DNA of 64,000 bases, filler included, from Porpidia crustulata (Eukaryota): assembly GCA_964255105.1 (NCBI GenBank). It is 3 parts of 3 records of this genome, joined end to end, with 100 filler letters (N's around TTAATTAATTAA, not from the genome) between each part and the next. Parts side by side here need not be neighbours in the genome. Positions count along the whole stretch, not along the records: positions 45,844 to 64,000 come from CAXUWE010000190.1; 2 more parts are not named here. The stretch is one strand, 5' to 3'. Every line of letters begins with the position of its first letter. Positions within the stretch are counted from its first letter, which is position 1. The position numbers were made by a program, and so were the translations under genes. The notes under the pieces are model-generated. The model did not search any database, was not told the DNA's origin, and saw only the letters and a list, made by a program, of their open reading frames with translations. This document shows positions 50,491 through 61,769 of the stretch, one piece after another.

Positions 50491-51899
50491 ATGGCCCAAA
50501 GGGCTCTGAGACTGGAGACACGCTTTCTACGCTTCCTGTGCCCTTTAAAGTCCCGCTTCAAGTACTCCTACACGACCTCCACGAACACATTTCCCCCAAG
50601 CCAGGCATGGCCCCACCATCCTCTATCGACCGATGCCAACAATGACCAAGTAGCTCGCCTTGCCTCGAAGCCATTACACCCTCTCACCTTGGCAGATCTT
50701 GTCAGGTACTTGGAACTTACTATTGCTATTGTCTATTAAAGGTTCACTGACAAGTTTACTATAGACATGGCCGTCCTCCTCTCTGCACAGAGACTTTATT
50801 TGACTCTGCCAACTTCACCCTCTCTCTTCTCCCAATCAGACTCGCCCATCGTATACAAGCCTTACGGAACCTTCCCTTCATTGTCGTGTCAAATCCCCAT
50901 ATAGCGCAAATATACAGCAACTATGTTCATTCCCTTTCTACATTATTACCATACCAAGAGCGGCGCATCACCAAGCTGGAAGATGAAATTCAATTCACAG
51001 AGGTCATGGCTGACCTGGTACAAACCCATTCAAACACGATACCTATACTCGCACGAGGATTTCTGGAGTGTAGGAAATACATCAGCCCCGTGGATGTTAC
51101 GCGCTTTCTGGACGAGCATCTCCGTGCTCGAATAGGAACCCGTTTGATTGCAGAGCAGCATATTGCCTTTCACTTGTCTTCACAGCCACACAACAACGGC
51201 GCGGAGACTTTACATGATAGCTCATCGACCCATATCGGAGTCATTGATACAGCCCTGCGGCCCGCAGACATCATCCGACAATGCGAATCTTACGTCTCTG
51301 AGATATGTGAGCTCAAGTACGGCGTCAGACCAACGGTTGTCATCAACGGTCAACCAGACACAAGACTAGCTCATGTGCCCACTCATCTGGAGTACATACT
51401 TACAGAACTATTGAAAAATGCATTCCGCGCCACCATTGAAAGCGGAAAAGAACGTGAGCCTATAGAAATCACCATAGCGGCATCCCCAGATACCTCCAGC
51501 AGCTCCCCCGCTCTACCAACCGAACCAGACTCGGAGGAGCAAACTATGCCTGATCCAACAGGCCGAGCACACCCAATCCATCAATCCATCCCCGGCGTCA
51601 CCATCCGCATCCGCGACCGCGGTGGCGGCATCTCCCCCGACGTTCTCCCAAACATATGGGCCTACAGTTTCACCACTTTCGGCGACGACGACGTCCTCGA
51701 CGTCAGCAACGGTACCACTGACGCCCTCAACGCCATTTCCGGAGCCGGTGGCGATTCCAGCAGCCTGGCAGGTCTGGGCTACGGGCTGCCCCTCGGCCGG
51801 GCGTACGCTGAGCATTTTGGCGGCGGGATTGCGGTGCAGAGTCTTTGGGGTTGGGGTACAGATGTTTATTTGAATCTAAAGGGTCTGGGGAAGATATGA
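50491..51899 (+). CDS. Mitochondrial alpha-ketoacid dehydrogenase kinase (PDK/BCKDK family)
   Basis: Presequence, LTLADLVR|HGRPPL, LPIRLAHRIQALRNLPF, ELLKNAFRAT (N box), IRDRGGGI (G1), WAYSFTT, AGLGYGLPL (G2). Intron 50706-50764. Confidence 0.93.
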
Positions 51900-53655
51900 A
51901 CTGGTGTTGCTGGGAATTGGAATTGTTTCAGGTGTCGGGCTATTTCCCAATACTTCACTCCATGGCGCTATATCGTAACGATTTGATCGTCAATTCTATC
52001 AACGATAGAAAAACCTTTGAGTCTATCCTCCCAGCTTTGTGAGACACGAAACGCCCAACCCGGCTGGATACGACTGCAAGTTATCAATACTATGCTTTGG
52101 AACCTGGCTTATCGTTTCGGGAGGAAGCCTTGAAAGGGGTGCTGAATATGGTCGATTACGCACCTGTTGCAGACGCTGAAGGTTCCAACGCATCTGCTCC
52201 GTTGCAGCCGTTTTCGTCGAAGCTCGACTGCAGTGACACTGAATCCACCGCTCTCTATGCCGACGTTGATATTGGCAAGCATCAGCTTGATGCCAACAGG
52301 GTCAACAGTGCTGCAGTACCGATAATGGTGGTTACAGCAACGGCGGAATAAGCGGCAAGATAGTCGTCGACTTGTGCTCGAATATTGATCAAAATATCTG
52401 TGTCGACTACGCTTGCTTTGCCAACTCTGTCGCTGGCATCAAGCAAAATTGCCCAAAAGAGCCCGAACATCATGGTCGGCGGCGCGCAAGGCATGATTGA
52501 GACGCCTGGCTGGAACCTTGGTATCTAGCAACATACAACATCAACAAGTGTACATCTCAATCACTTGAAGCCTATTTTCTGCGGTACACACTCCAATTCC
52601 TGGGAATTCGCAACTTCGATTTTGGGAACAATGTGAGGAAGAAGAAAGGGGTGTGCAGTCATTTGCAACGCCATTTTTTCCGACGGCTTGCCTGGATGAT
52701 GACCTTGCTCCTACTGTGCAGCCTGGAACTTAGACTTTTGAGTTCGCGGCGTTTCGTACCTCTTCGTCTTCGTCATTTTACACGTACGTTTCTTTGGGGG
52801 TCCGCAACTCTGGGTCCTACTTTCTGCTCAAAAGACGAGCTTACTGTACCTTTTTCGGGATACTTTGACCAACAGAGGCCGTATACGAGCTCAAGAATCT
52901 CTAGAGCGAAGTCATAGATTCAAGCAAATGAATTAATGGATCATTTCATACACTGTGAATTCCAGGATATATGTAGTTTCTTGGGATATTCAGTGCGCTT
53001 GATGACATTGCTACGATCATCCAAATAAAGGACGTCCTGAGGATCAACTGATCTAGATACAATTTGATAGATGTGTATCCCGAGACGTACCGTATTTATT
53101 GTGATAGACCCGTTTAGGCAACTTCTCAACCATGGGATGGCACGGATGGATAACCCTTGTCAAAACATCTAGCCTATTCTGACCTGGTCTCCTTTTCTCC
53201 TACGTCATCCCGAATCCCCGGCAGGAGTAGTCCGTATTGGGCCAAGTTGATCACAAATGATAGGGTGTCATGGGTGTCAATCACCGCCTTTTGGCTCGAG
53301 TTCGATCGAGAATTCACACAAATTGCGTGTTTTGTACGGCGGGATCGGGTCTATTCCATGTGGTTACCCTATTCGTACACACTGACACTTTGGTAGCACC
53401 ATTTGTGTTCAGTTGGGCATCAATTCGCCCCTCATCATCTATAACTTTCTTCCCAGTACCGAATTTTCCTCTTTACCAAACATTTGCATCGACGATCTCT
53501 TGGCACATACGCCTCAAGCGCATCAACGGTAGCGTCACAAATTGATAGGTCATCCAAACAATGGCGGAGCAATTCATCTCACTGGGCCTCAAAGGTGCTT
53601 TTTCAATCCCTCAGTCCGCAATTGATTAAAGTCAAAGCTTCGTCGATGAACCAAC

Positions 53656-55118
53656 ATGACGGATCTTGCTGAACTTGTGCTTGAAGGTGCCGGGCCGATG
53701 ATCGAACATTACGACAAAGTTTACGAACCAGTCAAGGAGCGAGTGAAAAAAATACCCAACAAGATTCCCGGAATGAAGAACCGTAATGGGCAGGATGTCT
53801 ACGAGGAAGAAGATACCGTCGAGTACGACAACTACGGTTCGCAAGGACGCGGCGTTCAAGATCGTCCGAGGGAGCAGGAAGTGGTAGACTACAATACCTA
53901 TGAGCCCCCTCAACGCAGCAACACGGAGCGACGCCGAGACGACTACGACACGTATGATCCGCCTCGACGTAGCAACACCGATCGGCCGAGGGAACATCGA
54001 AGACACAAATCAAGGCACCGTCGTGGGGATCGCGTTGTCGAGGAGGAGTATGTATATGAGAGAAAAGGTGGGCGCGCAAAGTCCGCAGGTCGTGATGGTC
54101 CTTACGGCGGTGGTGGGCGAGGGCTGCAACGGGATGACAGAAGGGAAAGTCGTGCGGATGAACTATCCCTAATGTTGACCGGCACTGACAGTTTCTAGGT
54201 CACCGAAGCCGTTACTACTCCGATTCCGAGTCGTCACCTTCACCGGCACCTCGTGATCGACGTCGCAAATCACTGGGAGAACAAGCGCTCGCTGCTCTTG
54301 GCATTGGGGGCGTTGCCGCTGCTGCGGAGGGAGACCGGGAGAGACGACGTGATCGAAGCCGTAGACGTGACCGAAGTAGGGGTGGAAGTAGAGACCGTGG
54401 ATATAACAGAGGGAAGAGTTATGACCGCTTTGAACGTGATAGACGGTCCGACAATCCTCGCCGCTCGGATACTTTCAGCGACAATTATTCTCAACAACGA
54501 CGGGGTCCAATTGGGTACATCGGAAATGGTGACGCTCGTAGCCAACAGGGTGGAGGATCTACCGATGGCATAATGGCCCGTCGGAACCCCTATATTCCCT
54601 CTAATGCCCAAAACAACCAGTCCGTTGCCACTCGCTCTAATTATGAAACTCCTCGCGACAATAAAAAGGATGATAGCTCTTCTGACGATAGCTCCGAAAT
54701 CTGCTCCTCATCCGAAGATGAACGACGTACCAAGAAGATGAAAGGTAAAGAGATTCTGACTGGTGCCCTCGCTGCCGTCGCCACTATCCATGCTGCCCAT
54801 GGAGTCTATGCGAGCATGGAGGCTCGTGACAAGCGTCACAAAGAGGTGGAACAGGGCAAAATGTCGGCTGAAGAGGCCCGCAAGAAGAAGAACAAAGCGA
54901 GGTTGCAAGATGCAGCTGCGATTGGGATTGCGGCACTGGGAATCAAGGGCGCGTATAGCGAATGGCAGGAGGTACAAGAGAGCAGAGGAGAAATGCACCA
55001 ATTGAAAAAAGAGAGGGCGGAAAGACACGAGAAGAGGGTCAAGCGGGCGAGCAAGCAGGGAAGCCAAGCCGGCGGTGGAGGGAGAAACGGGAGGTCAGAT
55101 GGATACAGGACCTCTTGA
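53656..55118 (+). CDS. Arg/Asp/Ser-rich fungal protein with conserved C-terminal helical motif (DUF3824-like family)
   Basis: Exon 1 joins via a short intron (~54152-54198) to an open frame RRRKSLGEQALAALG.., ending KEILTGALAAVATIHAAHGVY..LQDAAAIGIAALGIKGAYSEW. Confidence 0.7.
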
Positions 55119-56404
55119 GCAAAGGTTTCAGCACGGAAATTCGCTTTTCTTCCTCAAAGGAGCATCCTCATGAACAAACGACGATTACGACGACACGGTG
55201 ATTTTCAACATTTCAGCATTTTATTCTCTCGATATTGATTCGAGCTCCTGCTATGTGGAAACTCAACTACTTGCCTTTTATCATGCATCCTTGTTCCACC
55301 ATATGGCATCAGCATCAATTATGCATCCCGGCGTCTCTAAATCTCCTGCGATTCAAAACCGACCTGGCAGCATCACTTGCATTATGTATGGCCGGATCTC
55401 TAGACCTCATTCTAGATCGCGAGGGCTGCATGGTGGCAATGACGTCTTTTCTAGAGCATCCGACATTTCCATGGTGTTTGCTTGTGCTTTCATTTCATTT
55501 TCTGCCAGTTTTCTCTTTGTAACTGCCCGCTTTCCAGAGGTACATAGATTGATAGTTTATTTACGAGGTAATGAATCACGACATCACGATATCATCATCC
55601 CTTCCCTTGTACCATCCTTTCTTACTAATCTAGAACACTAATGTAGAAGCAAAGAAAGAGGAAAAAGTGGTCCAACAGAGAAGCTGGAGGTCTCAGAGGT
55701 AGCTAGAAGTGGTAGCAAGAGGTTATCAAAACATCACAACATCCCGAGTTGTTCTATGCACAGCCTTTGAAAGCTAAGGCAAAGTTTTCTCATTACTCTT
55801 GTTGGATCTCCATTACTTGCCGATTCAGCCCATCATCCTCTTCAAATTACCAAAAGCCTTCCAAACGGTAACGCCGACGTAACAACTACACGTTAGATAG
55901 CTGCATCAATGAAACGTCTCGACCTCCTGACGTAATTGATACGCCGATACTATACCGTTGGTATTTGTCTGTCCTCATACCTTTTGCCTTCTCCAATATC
56001 CTTTTTGGTCCGTTTCAGACCCTCAAGCACTGCCCGAAATGAAGGATCACAATGCAGTATCCGCCAGTGCTGCCGTTTCCAGTCACACATCGAGGCCAAG
56101 TAAGATAACGAAATCTGTGTGCTGCCCCCGTTGCGTTTCACGTTCACAAGCTCCACGGCGATGTTGACGGGGATTTACGTGCTTGTGAGTCTCTGCATAG
56201 GCTTTGGAGGTACAGATTGTGGTACAGATCTGCAGGATCGTGGCGTTTGGACCCAACGGCTGCTCTGTGCCTTGTGTGATGGTTGCTTAGTGTGGAATGC
56301 GTGTTATCAAGTATCCTAGAATTTCCTTTTTGGTGCTCGGCAAGTTGGCTGTTTCTTCGGCAGAAACCGATGTCCTATATTTTTGTTGAAGTTGCGCTTC
56401 CACC

Positions 56405-57283
56405 ATGCTCGGGGCATACTTTGTTACGAAGTCTGTAGTGACTATGGTTATCCTGATACTATTGCCATTCATCAATGGTGGGTAGCCATTCTGCATGATG
56501 GTTTCTTGGTATATCTGTAATGCTAATATTAGACCGATTGGCTTGTACGAAAGGGACACCGACTTCGTCATCTTACGATGACCATCAGACACTCGCGCAG
56601 CAAGGAGGCAAAGGCGTCATTGCAAATGATAAAGACGAGTCGCTTGCACCCCGAGCTTTAGTTCAAAGTTTCCACTCCAAAATTGCGTGCCTTAGCGGAG
56701 TTACTTGCAACACAGTACTTGCCTCAACTACGGTGATTCGAACTAACCAAAGTCAGCCGTCGTCGACGATTACCATGGACAACACGACTGTGTCGAATCT
56801 ACTGAAGTCGACTTCAGTTCATCCACTCGTCATAGCATCTCCAAGCCAGCCAAGAGAGCCACCATCACAGCTATAAGCCCAACACTTAACTCAAACTCAA
56901 CTAGTTCAGTCATTGACAGCACCCTCCACTCATCTAGCTCAGCAAATACCATCTCGACCACAGTATCCCAGCTTAGCCCATCCAACATCCACGTCGAGAA
57001 TAGCACTTTTACCCAATCAAACGTGGTCTCGGACAGCAACTCCGTATCATATCCTACATTCACGTCCAGCGATCAGAGCTTCAACGTCACCGCAACCAAT
57101 ACGACCCATACTGTGTTTACTGGAGCGTCAAATCCGGCGAATCTGCCTGAGAAGAATAATTCTGATATCTCATCATCGCAGCTGACAAGTGGAGTGGCTA
57201 CGAGAGGATTTCCACCCCTTCGGTTTCTAGTCTATTACATCGCTATAATGGTGCTCTACGGGGTTCGGGGTTGGGGTTTGTGA
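56405..57283 (+). CDS. Small secreted Ser/Thr-rich, possibly GPI-anchored protein (exon structure approximate)
   Basis: Hydrophobic first exon MLGAYFVTKSVVTMVILILLPFIN. Last exon is open from ~56757, S/T/N-rich, ending FLVYYIAIMVLYGVRGWGL. Confidence 0.5.
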
Positions 57284-57906
57284 TGGTGGATATCGTCTCT
57301 TCTTTGACTGACCCAGAATAAAAAGGGGCACTTGAGTGGTTCTGAAGGAATTCTTGTTACGTTCAATGAGAATAAGATCTATGGTGGATAAGATTGTAGG
57401 ATGGGAGTCTCGTCAGGGAAAAGGGCATTCAACGAATATGGCGAAATCATGGGCATATTACAGCGCCGGGCTGGTGGCAGAGGCTGCGGATATTCTGTAC
57501 CTCCTCCCCTTACGTATATCGATGTAGGAGAAGAGCTGGAGTGGTCTACGTAAAGTTACGTGCAGACACACTGGAAGACAGTAGGTCCTCGGGAGATCGT
57601 GATTTTACTCTCTCTCAGCCTTGCTTTTGAGTACTGAAGGGCTCTATCGGACTTCTTCCGTGGTGTCTTTGGCTAGTATGTGTAGCTTAGGCCTTCGGTG
57701 TAAGGAAGAAGTCGAGGTGTCATGAGTACCGTAGATAAAGGGGTCGAAAGGTAAAAATACCTTAGGTACGATAAGATATGTTAGCGCAGGTCCCTAATCA
57801 ACGTACCCAATCACATTCAATCCGTAAATCATTACTCACGCCTAATGTCGACTTCAGCTCATATCCTCAGCCTCATCTTCCCAAATCCATCTACCCATAT
57901 ACCTCC

Positions 57907-59073
57907 ATGGCAACAGTCCCAATCCTTCCCTTTCGGCTTCTTGATCTTCCAGGAGAGCTCCGCAATCGTGTATATACAGCACTACTCTCTAGTCCCTGCG
58001 TCAAGCAAGATCTACCCGACGGCTACGCCTCCTACGACTACTGCCTAGCACTCCTCCGTACGAGCCGCCAGGTCTACTTCGAAGCCCGCAAGATTTTCCG
58101 GGAGAATGTCTTTGTGCGAATCACGACGCCCTGGCGGGAAGCGGAAGAGCATGTTGCTACGGAAGGGCGCGTGCCGATGCTCGCGAGAGGGGCGTGGGCA
58201 GACGAATTTGCCAGGTGGCATATGACGGCGGTCCTGGGCTCTCCACATTATGTGTATGCGTTTGGGAATCCATCGTGTAGCTGGATCATGTGTCGCGAAG
58301 ATTTGGACACCTTTTGCAAGCTGTGGTTCAGCTCTAATTTGGGGAATCCAGGGTTGAATGAGCACATTACTCTGGACATCACGCTCCAAGATCCTTACCA
58401 AGCTGATAGCTATCCTTCGAAAGCCTTGCAGCAATCACTCATTATGCCTTTTCGTATTGTCAAGGGCCTCGATAACGTGACAATTGGGGGATACAAGCGT
58501 GAATCAGTCGAGAAAGAGCTATTAGCTGCAATGGCCATCCCCGATCCTACTCCAACCGAATGTCTCGAGAACGCGATGAAACATAAAGATATCGGTAATA
58601 CAAAGCTACAGGCTTCAAATTACGAACTTGCCATCTCCAAGTATCAGGAAGCCTTTGCAAGCCTCTACCTCGACCCTCGGCGATATGGCGAGAGGCTAGC
58701 TGCCGGCATGAGCAATTTCTTCAACGAACGAGTTGAGAGCGGACCTCATAAGGGCCAAAACGCCGATGACATCCGCAACGTCCTCAATGTCCAGCTCACT
58801 GCCAACACCATCCTTGCCTATCTCAGACTGCAAGATTGGGAATCGGCGCACATGTGGGGAAGCAGGGCCATTGCGCAGCTGTCCAGTGGTGCACAAGTGT
58901 TTGGTACCATATCACCGACCGAGGCGGATCGCGCCAAGCTATACTATCGGACGGCGCTTGCGTTGAAGGGAATGGGGAGGGTAGAAGAAGCTCGACAGAT
59001 GCTGATGACGGCGGCCGAGATTACGCCGAAGGATCGGGTGATAATGAAGGAGATTGGGGAGTTGGTCAGTTAA
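57907..59073 (+). CDS. Protein with N-terminal F-box-like motif and C-terminal TPR repeats
   Basis: FRLLDLPGELRNRVY..ALLRTSRQVYFEA; TPR-like KDIGNTKLQASNYELAISKYQEA, ANTILAYLRLQDW, AKLYYRTALALKGMG. Confidence 0.8.
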   Translation: MATVPILPFRLLDLPGELRNRVYTALLSSPCVKQDLPDGYASYDYCLALLRTSRQVYFEARKIFRENVFVRITTPWREAEEHVATEGRVPMLARGAWADEFARWHMTAVLGSPHYVYAFGNPSCSWIMCREDLDTFCKLWFSSNLGNPGLNEHITLDITLQDPYQADSYPSKALQQSLIMPFRIVKGLDNVTIGGYKRESVEKELLAAMAIPDPTPTECLENAMKHKDIGNTKLQASNYELAISKYQEAFASLYLDPRRYGERLAAGMSNFFNERVESGPHKGQNADDIRNVLNVQLTANTILAYLRLQDWESAHMWGSRAIAQLSSGAQVFGTISPTEADRAKLYYRTALALKGMGRVEEARQMLMTAAEITPKDRVIMKEIGELVS

Positions 59074-60207
59074 ATGAGGTATTGTCAATGGGAATCTAGA
59101 AGGAAGCATACATTCTCGTGGCAAGTATAGTAGGTTGTGCGGATCTGTGGAAATGCTTGTTCTCTGGATTTTGATGGCTTTCCACAGCTTCCTCGGATCT
59201 GTCCAATCCCACTCCGCAGTCATACACCGAGTCAGGATAAAGTCAAAGAAGAAATAGAAACGCAATGATAGAAGTTGATGCTTAGGTGACTGCTGGTTGG
59301 GAGACAAGCATTAGGACAATACAGCCGCTATAGATCAATAAGTCGGTTTCTAGAAGTTATAAATGGTTAAGATTCGAATACCTCTGTTCTTTCTACGGGA
59401 CTTTTGTGGTAAGACTATTGTGAGGCGGATGCAAACTTCGTTCCAGATCATAACTTACGCTGTCTAGATGTTCATTCGTTGTTGCCTAGAAGGGGCTATT
59501 AACTGGGCGGATTAGGAACTGGGCGTTTGGTGCCTCCCATGAAGGATTTGTATAGGTTCACGGGGATGACAGTATCACCTTTCACTTGAGCAAGCACACA
59601 GACTGCCTCTAAAGAGTTGGATCTACACGAGCTCCATCCCGTTCCTCATATTTGTGTTCTCGGAACTTGTAGCCCAAAATGAGAACTAGGATTGATTACT
59701 TGCTGGACTATGGTGGCGGTAGGCAAGTATTATTGGAATAGGAAAGACAGTCACCTTATAATTTGAACTCACGATGGAATTTGATGGCTTTCGAGTATGA
59801 GCTATCAATTTGCATAATTATGTAAGCTGCTGCCTAAATCCAGGATTAAATAATACAATAATCTTGCATAAAATCAACTGCTGTCCCCCTGCAGCTATCA
59901 TATCCTGATATATTCACAGCATGCCAGTCTCGTGCGGCATTCTCCTTTGATCCCACCTCGAATGAGGCTCACAATGCAATGATCGCTTGATGAATACCGC
60001 TGCCAATTTTGGTATCACAATGTTCCTCATGACTAATAACTCGTCAGCCTTCGTTGTCCTTGCACTTGATTAGGTATATTCATTTACTTGCAGGCTTTCC
60101 TACAGCTGTTCACCAAGCGGGCGGCACCAGATTTACCGCAAAGTGGCGTTCATTTCTTTCAAATTACATGTAGAAAGCCTTTACAGTATACATATTTAAC
60201 CGCCAGC

Positions 60208-61248
60208 ATGACAGACACAAAAGCGCTACTGGATCCTCTACAGCATGCAGCGAACACGGCGAGGCCGCACTCACCGAGTCAAATATGGAGCTACCGAGTC
60301 CCTTCGCCTCCACGAGTCATCGTGCCGCCACCTGCACTCAGATCCGATGGCTTGCCTGATTTACATATTGATCAGAATTCCTCATTGGATTTCGAGTCCA
60401 ACGGTTTTGCGAATGCAGAGTTTCTCAAAACCGTCACCTACAGCGATATCATGACTGTGAATAATATGATCGAGTGGAAATACGAGCAACGCAGAATGGC
60501 ACAGCAAATCCTACCGTTTCTTTTCCTTGGCCCTGTCTCTGCGGCTAGAAATTCGACCTTCCTTCGCGACAATGGCATCACAATGGTTTTAGCCATCCGG
60601 AACATCATGTCAGCTCAGGCCAAACTTCTGAACTCCAAAGCAGCAGTAGAGCTAGGAATTGAATGTGCGTTCGTTGATGTAGCGGGCAATCAAGAGCTTA
60701 TAGCTGCTTTTCCAAAAGTCTTCAACGTCATAAATGCTCACCTTTCTTCAATGTACCAGCAAAGTCAGACCAAGAAAGCCGCTCAAGATCTTGGACCGGG
60801 AGAGCATCCGCCAATCCCCGGAAAGGTCTTGGTTTTCTGCGAAACCGGCAATGAACGTTCAGCAGCAGTCGTGGCTGCGTATATCATGGCCATGTATTCC
60901 TTGGATCTCATCCCAGCACTTCAGATTGTTCAAGCCCAGAGGTTTGCAGTAGCATATGACGATTCATTGAAGAATTTACTCGTAGCTTACGGTGCCATAT
61001 TACAAGCTAAGAGGGACGTTGTTCATGCTGGGAATGCTTTCATAGGGAATGGCCACACTACGAACGGGCAAATGGCTTCATCTTCATTCAATATACATCA
61101 GATACCGTACGGCCGGAATGGCACCAGCAAATCTAATAAGAGGACTCTGGATGAGGCTGATGATGAAATGGATACGGATGAGGATGACGTGTTCGCGATA
61201 AAGGAGAGATCTGAAGAGAGAAAGGGCTACGCACCATTTCAGGATTAG
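60208..61248 (+). CDS. Dual-specificity phosphatase-family protein
   Basis: WKYEQRRMAQQILPFLFLGP, FLRDNGITMVL, KVLVFCETGNERSAAVVAAYIM (Cx5R). Confidence 0.88.
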   Translation: MTDTKALLDPLQHAANTARPHSPSQIWSYRVPSPPRVIVPPPALRSDGLPDLHIDQNSSLDFESNGFANAEFLKTVTYSDIMTVNNMIEWKYEQRRMAQQILPFLFLGPVSAARNSTFLRDNGITMVLAIRNIMSAQAKLLNSKAAVELGIECAFVDVAGNQELIAAFPKVFNVINAHLSSMYQQSQTKKAAQDLGPGEHPPIPGKVLVFCETGNERSAAVVAAYIMAMYSLDLIPALQIVQAQRFAVAYDDSLKNLLVAYGAILQAKRDVVHAGNAFIGNGHTTNGQMASSSFNIHQIPYGRNGTSKSNKRTLDEADDEMDTDEDDVFAIKERSEERKGYAPFQD

Positions 61249-61769
61249 AATACCATCCTAATGGGCTTCGGGACGTTTGAGAGATCTCTTTGGGGTAGCA
61301 CATCAACGTCATGTTTCACTGGCCAAGGCCCGGTAATCGTAAGCATCTATGCATTTCTTAATACTGGCGCCTTATGCTATTCATTCCTTTGGTGAAGGTC
61401 AAGATCAACAACTTTTGAAACGAGCAAAATTATAGACTGACATTCAGCCGTGTAGTATGTGAATGGCTTAAAGGTGATTAACGTGAAGGCTATCACAATT
61501 ACTCACAACCTCCCTATGAAGCCCAAACATCGACCACTATCCTGACGATAGTCCAAGACAATGTTTTCTTGAACATTGAGTCCGACAAGGAGTTTCCTGG
61601 GTATCCTTAGAGTATGGACCATAGCTCTTTCTTCTCAAGCAAGTAAAGACCACCACCTTTTAGAAATGCTCTGTAGATTCACATCTTGAGTCTGCATCTT
61701 TTAAACCACGTATTCCATTCACAGTATTTAATTGTATCATCATCACATTGTCAAGCCGTTACTCTCGAC

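Noticed and set aside
52097..52494. Short ORFs that look like a decayed secreted protein
   Set aside because: Multiple stops and no recognisable family; cannot support a call.
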